From Paramecium tetraurelia (Eukaryota), in NCBI GenBank assembly GCA_000165425.1, contig CT867996.1, forward strand, positions 124,001 through 188,000: a DNA stretch of 64,000 bases, given 5' to 3'. Position 1 is the first letter of the stretch. Every line of letters begins with the position of its first letter. Below, one piece after another: positions 55,528 to 64,000 of the stretch. The position numbers were made by a program, and so were the translations under genes. Under the pieces are notes generated by a model. That model was not told where the DNA came from. It saw nothing but the letters and a program-made list of their open reading frames with translations, and searched no databases.

Positions 55528-58500
55528 TCAATCTTATAATCCTCTGTAATGCATTTCTATGTTGGGATAGTCGGTTGCTTCGAATTTCATTCTAAGATTA
55601 TTTGAGAATTAATACTTTTCTTTATTCATTTTCTTTCTAAAATAAGATATCAATGTGTAAATAAGGGCAAATGCGAGGATCAAAATAAAAGTATATTTCA
55701 TGTATCTTTTCCACCTCAATTATTTAATATATTCGTTATTAACAGTGATGGGTTTGTAGAATTTTTCTAGATTAATCATTTCTTAATTTCTTAGTTAGAT
55801 AATAGCTAGGAATATAGATAATAATCTTACAATCAGTGTAGATAGTGAATTATATCATTTGTGCATCAGCGAGTTTAGTTTCATCCAATTCTTAACTTAA
55901 TGAAAAAGTCAGTTGATTTTCTTTAGCTGGATTTTCATATCGCATTTCAAACTAATAAGTTTCAAAGCAATAATTAAATGTTTATGTCGACCCATCCTCA
56001 ATAAATTGATAAACCAACACATATGCAACCTATAATAAATTGAAGTTGGGATTCGACTTGACTTACAATTTGTAACCAGTGACTGTCAGATAATATTTAT
56101 CATCCCTCCTTTCTAATTCCCAATTGAGATTTCCATCATTTCCAGGTTGAAGATCATTGAGTGGAATATATGAATCCTGCTTTATAAGTTGAGCAGTGAT
56201 AGTAAATGGAGTTGATGAATCAGATATATAATTGTTTGTACTGGCAACTAGATAGTAATAACCCGACTTTTTGACTTCAATAACTTCCACCAAATGATCA
56301 GTCACTTAATATTGCTTAGAGTATTATCCATTTTTTAAAAGATCGATGTCAGTAGACCCGAATAAGTTCAATGTAGTTCCGCATTGCTGCACCTATAACA
56401 ACAATTGCCCTTCGGATGGACAAAAGTATTCCCAATATTTGGGTTACTATTTTAGAATGCTGACACTTTTTTGACTGGGAACCAATATGTTGAGATAGCT
56501 ATTGCTAAAGATCAAATTAAAGTCGATGCTTAACTAATCATTTTTATTAAAGATTTCGATCTCGTAATCTCCTGCGCGATCCTAAAATTCTGCATAATAA
56601 TATTGAGAAATTTAGGCTTCCTTGTCTGGGAAGAGTTGATGGGATACTTGATTCTCATTGGTATATTTGACAAATATTTTGGGGACTTCTTTCTTGTATT
56701 TGTTATACTCATCTTTTTGATAGGTGTTGAAAAGCATGGTGATGAAAATTGAAAAGGTATTTTCATTCCCTTTCTATACACTATTGTAAATGAATTTCTC
56801 TGATTGGTGAGGGTGTAATAATATAGTATAGACTTCACCGACATTAATAAACTTAGTTCCTTTTATATCTCTGCATTAGATCTTATAAGTAGCACTTTTA
56901 TCAAAAGATTTAATAGTGATATTAAATTGATTTGAAAATTCAGCCGAGACTTTCATTAATTCCTCAATGAAGCCTTAAGCAGATGTTTCTTTGCTCACTC
57001 TTTTTCTTATTGGATCTTTTGAAGGATCACTGCTATATTGAACTTCAACTTTACCTTCTAACACTTCTACTTTCAGAACAGAGTCATAAGGACTGTAATA
57101 ACTGTATGATTAAAAATCCTCTGGATCAAGTTAATTTATCATTATGACATCTTTGGCAAGATAAACTTTGGATGATTTAACTTGAATAGCTAATGTGATA
57201 TCCGAATCTTATTCTGATCTAACAGCAATTAGATACTTGTGTCTATCATTAGGTGTAAACTTCATTTATTTTTTAAATCCCTTCCCCGAATTGTTAAATT
57301 GGAATAACTCCAATTATTTAATGAAGGAATCAGATTCCTTAGAGTCATCAGCTATTTCATCTACGAAATATTCAGCAGTTCCACTCTAAAGTATGAATAA
57401 TATTTAGAAATTCTCCACTATGTATTATTGGTATTTAAAATAGGCTACTTCTCCTGATTTCAGCACTATGTTGTGTGGGATGCCTTATTAAATTTGATAG
57501 TAATGGAGTTTTCCAGTTTGATATACTATACTGTAAGAACAAGTGGAATACCCAATAACACCAATTATATAGAGTCCAGCCATCTTAGGATGTTTTGGAT
57601 TGCCACTTTCGATGACTAATTAGTCTCCCAAATAATCGATGGAGGCCCAATCATAGTTCTCAGCATCTGGATAGTCATCCTTACTGACAACGATATTGAC
57701 ATCGCAAGATGACATAGGAGTGAGGACAATCATAAGGTTGGTATCATTATCATAGACATAGGCTTTATAGTATTTAATGATGGATCTGTCAATGGATCCA
57801 TAATAGGCTATTTGTTCATACAATCCAACGTATCCAGATGAATATTGAATGGAGTATGTCTAATCTTGAGTTATGTAGTATTCTATATCATCAACTTTCT
57901 TTATTGTTATGGCCAAAACACATTAATATTAACAAAATTGCAAGAATCCTTAAGAGAGAGTCACTTAACTATGAGGTATTCCAACAATGGTTTTTGAAAC
58001 TGAAACTATGTTTTTGGATTCTGAATCTGTGGGATACTCATAGACTCCCTTGTTAGGATACTAGGTGGTATCAAATACGGACACTAAGATTTACAATGGT
58101 TATGGTTATCCAAAATTGACAACATTCAAAACGACATCATTTTCCGGCTAATAAAATAAATAATAGTGGTGGTATGAGGCAGGCAAGGTCTAAGTTACAG
58201 GTTCATCTAGAGTCAGCTGAATTTAAGAGTTATCTTTGGAAATGAGTAGTGAGTAGAAGGTGTCTACAGTGCTTGTGACTTAGACTTAAACTTAGCAGTA
58301 AAAGATTTCGGTGATGGAACTCTTACATTTATCCAGAGGCATTTTGGATGCACTCAATATCATTGATCCTGTTATTAATTAGTGTTAATTGCTGTCAACA
58401 AATGCAGTGACAATTAATTCACTATCTTTATGAGAATGAGCTCTTTTGGTAAGCTGAACATCTTCGTTTTTAAAAAAGGTATAGTAGAAATACTGATAGT

Positions 58501-60866
58501 CACCTGCTTCGATCCAAGTATAAAAGTTCTCATTCAGAACCAGCATGTTGTTCTTCCACCCTATTCTATAGATGATTCTGAATGAAACCTAACTAAAAGG
58601 TCCTGTGGGTTCCACTCTCAAATAAATAACTTCTGGGTATTCATCTTCATTGAATTAGATTTGAATCTCCTCAGCACTTTGCCATCTTGATTCATTCAAT
58701 TTGGTTGATGGATGATCAAAACCATAAAGCGATAATTGACCAGTCTCATGCAAGATTTCCACTTTCACATTGTCATGCAATGATTACTTGCTTTGATCAG
58801 TATTCAAGTAGTTAGTGAGATCAATCTTATACAAGCCCACCTCTCCACTAAAAAGAGTAAAATCTTAAGGACTTCCCTCGTACAGTTGAATGTATTGCCA
58901 AGCGAACTTACCTTTTGCACGGAAATCATCACCTGTCCTAATCACTACAACTGTGATTGTATACAGTCCTGCTGTTTCTCCAAATACCGAAATGAAATAT
59001 GTTCCCTCTCGAATTTCTTAGTTCTAGTAACGGATCATATAATTGCTTCCTTGCATCTCGAAGTCTTCCTTATTTGGTCTCTGACTTGTCGTTGATGAAT
59101 AGATCTAAAAGATTCCTTGGATTGGTGTTAAGATGATTGAGATTCTGCTGATATCCTGAGCATTGCCAATGTAAAATTTGAAATAGTTCAAGCTTTGTCT
59201 CTCCACCATCGATTTATGTGGTGTGTTTTCCTTTAATTGAATATGTGAGGATTGAGTAGACACCAAGACTGAATAGGAGCATCGATTGTATAATTGAGTG
59301 TGGGTGTTGCTAGGGTATATGGCTAAGACATAGGTGCAACTGTAGAAATCCCCGAAGGACTTACAAACTTCGGGGTCATAATTGAATACCAGTATTTAAT
59401 TATTTTTTGTTTAGGTAGTGTAAATAAACAAATCCATTGGACTCTGAGACTATCTTTCTTCTAAATGGTTCAGATCATCTTGGATTATTTTGCATTCATC
59501 CTCATAACATCTCTTAAGCACCAAAGCACACTCTTAATCATAATTGGTCAACTCCACTGTGACTGCTCTGGTTTTCGATCCTGACAACACAAACCAATAA
59601 TTGATCATCTCATTATTCTCAATATTCCCCTCATATGGAACATTAATGTTGATGTATTGGTATTCAAAATCTTGGATTCCAGTTTCCAATTCATAAGTGC
59701 ACATCTCATTTCCAAATACTGCGATATACAAGTACTTCTCATTTCCACTCTAGAATTTGAATTAAGCCTTCTCAATTATTAGAACCTGCTGAGTCGTTCG
59801 TTCAAAATGATATTGATATTATTCCAACAGCACTGGCTAATAATCAGGATTCGCATATAGGGTAGCATGTCCAATAAATGGAGTTAATTTAATAAACTAA
59901 ACATAATCTCACTATGATTTACCCATTTTATTTTCCTGTCAATCTCATTCATATCATTATAGCTGTTGTCTTCGATCTTCACTTTGAAAATCCTAGCAGT
60001 GCCAGCTTCCACTATCCCATTGTAAATCTCTTGGAATTTCAATTCTCTTAAGATTCCAGAAGTCTGAGTCTTGATCTAAAAGATAGCCCCAGCCTAACCA
60101 GATATCACAAGAGTCAACTTGGATAAGTGTGGCAATTCTTAAAGCGATAGAGACATTAATTTAGATCCACTCCATGAGTCCTTGGCTACATACTAATGCT
60201 CACTTGATGTAGGTATTGTGGTTCCTACATTCAAATAAACTTGGAAGGCAGCTTCAAATTCATATATGTTTAATGCCTTCACTTCTATTTCTAGTTCCAC
60301 TTCCGATTTGCTGTATTCACCAATATCGATCTTTAAAATCTCACTTTGTTGAGTGTCAGACAATTTAAATTATATAAAATCATCTAATTAATATAAATAT
60401 CCCTTATTTACTTCTTTGGAGCGTGTATTCTTAATCGTAATCAACCCGCAAATCGTATCTACAATTGCCAGTACAAATTACTGAGATATAGAATGGATCG
60501 TCGATTATCAATTTAGATTTGTCAATAATACACAAATCTTATTGAATATAGAATTATTTTACCATTCCCTCTTGACGTGCATGAAGCAATTTCCCCTTCC
60601 TTTTCATTGCTGGCATATTTATTCTCTCTCGATATAAAAATGTTTGGATCTCCTCCTGGATTTATTGCCTTCACCATTATCACGATGTCAGAATCAATCT
60701 TTATTTCCTCCAAAATTAACTCATAAAAGTCTCCATTCTAATTGAGCCACTTTGATTAAGTGCTTATCAATCAATTATTTCTTTACCCTTCTACTCTATG
60801 ACCAATCGTTAATCTCTTGATTTCTTAGGTGAAAACTACATTTAAGAAAATCAATAATGAGAACAT
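55528..60866 (-). CDS. Large type-I membrane protein with signal peptide and repeated beta-sandwich (PPC-like) modules
   Basis: MFSLLIFLNVVFT signal; recurrent GGDPNIFIS / CDVNIVVS..YP..YDW.S..G.YIIGV.G..C.YSI-type modules; single TM near 55650-55700; cytosolic tail ending HYRGLQD*. Confidence 0.85.
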
Positions 60867-61263
60867 GTTCGTAATTAAAATTATTAAATAAATATTATTC
60901 TTTCTATTTAGCTTTGTCATCCACTCCTATTAGGACGAACTTCAACTCTGACATAACTATTTCTCAAAAACGATTTAAACAACAATCCAAACATTTAATA
61001 TTTTGATTCTTGATTTTATTCCTTAAAAATCTATCTAGTTCATTCATAGGTTGAGAGTGTAATCGTTCATGTCTCTTTACCTATTTTACTAAATTTAAAT
61101 GATAAGATACAATAGAAGATGTTAGACACATTTGATTAAGTAATCTTTTTTTGTTGAAATTTCAAAAGAATCACAATCATTCTTTATATGATGTATTAAA
61201 TTAGTATAGAGAAAGTGAATTAATGCAAATCAAATATATAAAAATGACTAGAATTATTATCAT

Positions 61264-62598
61264 TCATGTTTTCTCAAATTTAGTAGTTTCTTTAATTTAT
61301 TCTGCAATTTCAAGCAACTACTTCCTTATTACAGCTTTACAATTCAAATCATTTTCTTTCTAAGCTTACCTAATTAGATTCTCGTATTTCTCATTAAGTC
61401 CTTTGAGTTTGGTTTCGATTTCAAATTGACGAGTAGTTGACAAGGGAGAGAGCAGAGGTTATTTTCTGTTTTCAGATTTTCTATCAGGACTACAAAAATT
61501 GAAATTTTAAGTAGTTTTCATGTCTTCCAAACATTCTCTTATTGCTTGTTTCAATTAGCTTTGTCTCAAACTGCTTTCAATTCTTGGACTGGTCAATGGA
61601 GGTGACATCTAATCGATATTCAATTTAGTAACAGTTTTCTGTTCCTTGTACCCCTATTTAAGTTCAGTTTCCCCTTAACTAAGCTTCCTGCTAATGTACC
61701 TGTGCTATCTCTCCTCATAATCCAATTTAATCTTGACTTGCTGATATTTGAGACTCAAATCCTTATAATCCTGAGTGACTTATTCAACGATTTATTGGTA
61801 CTCGTTGCATTTGCCAATCAAATCCTAGATTCTTCGACTCATTTGTTCCTCTCTTACACTCTTATTGCTTTCGATGTCATCGATGTTCCTAGAGTATTGC
61901 TTGTCTTTCTCATCCAACTAAACTTTTAAGGCATGAATTTGTTTTTCGAAGTCATGCATTTTCATGGGAGGATATTTTGTTTTGTAATTACTAAAATCTT
62001 GGAGGACCTACTCTTTCTCAATTTCCAAGAATTCTATTTTCTTTTCTTATTTTTTTATTTGTTAATCTTTCAGATCAAGTTTTATTTTCAGATCTTAAAC
62101 ATTAGTTAAAAGAGCAGCATTCTCTTCAAATTTCTTAAGTTCCACTTTATGGAGGAACCCTTTTTCATTAGATTTATGTGCTTGCAATTATCTTTGTAAA
62201 CTGTCATGCGCCATTTGAATTTCGTGCTTTTCGTGCTTCAATTCCTCGTTTTTCCTAATTAAATCACTAACTCTATCTTAATAGTCTTTGAGATGCTGTA
62301 ATCTTTCTGCTTGCAAAACTTCGATTTATTGCGATGCTACAAAATTCATCTAACTCTCCTGATTAGTCTTCATCAACAAGTATTACAATCTTTCATTTTC
62401 GTTTTACAGATCATTTACCTGCCTCCTCAGTTGCTCAATTAAATTATCCGAAGGGTTTTCTACGGATTTCCTTAAGCCTTCTACTCCCTTTAATTTCTCT
62501 TACAAAGCTTTGAGGGCTGAAGCATAAGCATTCTAAGGAGCTGAAGTAGGATTAGAAGAAAATGCCCGATGAGACGTTCGAGATTCTCTTTCATTCAT
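61264..62598 (-). CDS. Coiled-coil hypothetical protein
   Basis: MNERESRTSHRAFSSNP..AYASALKALQEK then heptad-rich sequence; TGA at 61264-61266. Confidence 0.75.
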
Positions 62599-63136
62599 TT
62601 TGTTGGTTAAGGATATGAATAAATTTATTTATTATATGAAAACATATTACTTTCAATTTATTTCCTACTGGCTCTTCCAACGATTTTGTAATGCAGAACT
62701 CTCTGTCTTTTCTAGCACAACCTTAGTTTCACTGATTAATCTTTATTTTTTTTAAATTAAAGTCAAATTTCAAATAGGTCTTAGTTCAGAATATCCCATC
62801 AATGGATCTTACTACCCATTCTTTATGAGATCATCCTATTTTCTAAGGATGAGAGAGGAACAAGAACTATTTGATTTTAAGCAAAAGAGATTGGCTAATT
62901 AGACTGCATTTGTGAAATTGTTAAATGAATATTTTAAGATCCATTATGTAAGTGCTATAATTATTATAAATTCTATCTAATCAATTAGGGTAAATATAAT
63001 AAGCTATATGATATCATTCAGGATATATGAGATCAATTTGTCATGACTATTTATAGAGTAATTATAATAAAATAACAATTTGGATGGTTTTGTTTTTATT
63101 TAATATAGTTTATTAATTTATTATAAATCGTAATTA

Positions 63137-64000
63137 ATGTAAAAATTAACTCTTGAGAAACAAATTAATCTTTTGGAAAGAGACATTTAATAGAAATCAA
63201 ATAAGATTGAAGAGTTGACAAAGTAGTTATTATTCCATTTCTAGGGTTGTTGATCAATAATCAAACTTCGTTGAATCGGCCAAAGCAAAAATTAAGAATT
63301 TATAGGACACTCAACAAACGTTGTATTCCCAATTATTTGATATCAAACAAGAGCGAGACAATTTCAAATGTGTTAATCAAATAAAGGAATAACAAATAAT
63401 GAGCTTATAAGAATAAGTGTTAGCAAAAAATCACGTAGCAGATGTAATTTATATTATGTAACATAGACCCAATAATTGAAACACGAACTCCAGGATTAAT
63501 ACAATCAAATACTCGAGTTATAGGTTGATCTCAATACAGTAAGGAATCAATTGGGACACTCTGAATTAGAGCGCCAAAACTTATTGAATGAATTGAAACT
63601 CAAGGCAGTTAGTTCGGTCGTCTAGATTCAAAATGAATTCAACAGCGCTCCCTTGCAAACTTATACTCAATATCTAGATAAATTTGATGAAGAAAGAAAA
63701 TAATATTTGAGACAAATTCATTAATACTAGATACGCGAAGATAAGATAAGTATGAAAGAGATTTAATATTAGAAATTGAAAATAAGAAGAGAATAGATAA
63801 TTTATAATCCATCATTGATAAAGTCGCTGAGGAAAGTAAAAATTAGAAGGAAGAATTAATAACTTTACGAAAGTTGATAGAAATGTATAAACAGCAGTCT
63901 TAGGAGGATATCACTAATTAAAGGATATATGAAGAATAGAAATTACAAAATGAACTAGAAATGAGAGCCCTCATTTAAAAAAAGGATAAATTGATATCAG
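63137..64000 (+). CDS. Coiled-coil protein, 3'-truncated by the window edge
   Basis: MQKLTLEKQINLLERDIQQKS.., short GT..AG introns, frame open to the end of the window. Confidence 0.65.

Noticed and set aside
62636..63080. Possible small gene between the last two coiled-coil genes
   Set aside because: Partial frames on both strands, but no consistent ATG-to-TGA model with normal-sized introns.
1..64000. Prokaryotic-type systems (CRISPR arrays, operons, IS elements), retained IESs, tRNA or rRNA genes
   Set aside because: The DNA is eukaryotic and intron-containing. I saw no regular repeat-spacer arrays, transposase motifs or structured GC-rich RNA genes, and the coding interruptions I checked are GT..AG introns rather than TA-bounded IESs.

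Overview
AT-rich, extremely gene-dense eukaryotic DNA from a ciliate macronuclear chromosome, almost certainly Paramecium. TAA/TAG encode Gln at conserved positions, TGA is the only stop, and genes are split by tiny (about 20-31 nt) GT..AG introns, so the supplied ORF track shows only fragments and antisense shadows. Reading with the ciliate code gives about 28 protein-coding genes. They include a PAS/TmcB-like membrane protein, four kinase-fold genes, a CNBD cation-channel homologue, an EF-hand protein, PIG-P, a CCT-domain protein, a C2HC zinc-finger protein, a ~2500-aa VLIG-type GTPase fused to a vWA domain, a ChAPs/exomer adaptor, a cNMP-binding protein, a Rab2-like GTPase, an MFS transporter, an NDT80-like factor, a SAPS protein, a 2-TM ciliate family protein, a large repeat type-I membrane protein and several coiled-coil proteins. 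The best candidate for an uncharacterised system is the tandem-G-domain VLIG/GVIN1-like GTPase with Cys/His cluster and vWA domain. Also notable are four intact genes with disabled catalytic or pore motifs: a PAK with VAVR, a pseudo-CDPK, a switch-dead Rab and a channel without a K+ filter. I found no tRNA, rRNA, transposon, CRISPR array or telomere. Gene boundaries were read by eye and may be off by an intron or a start codon.
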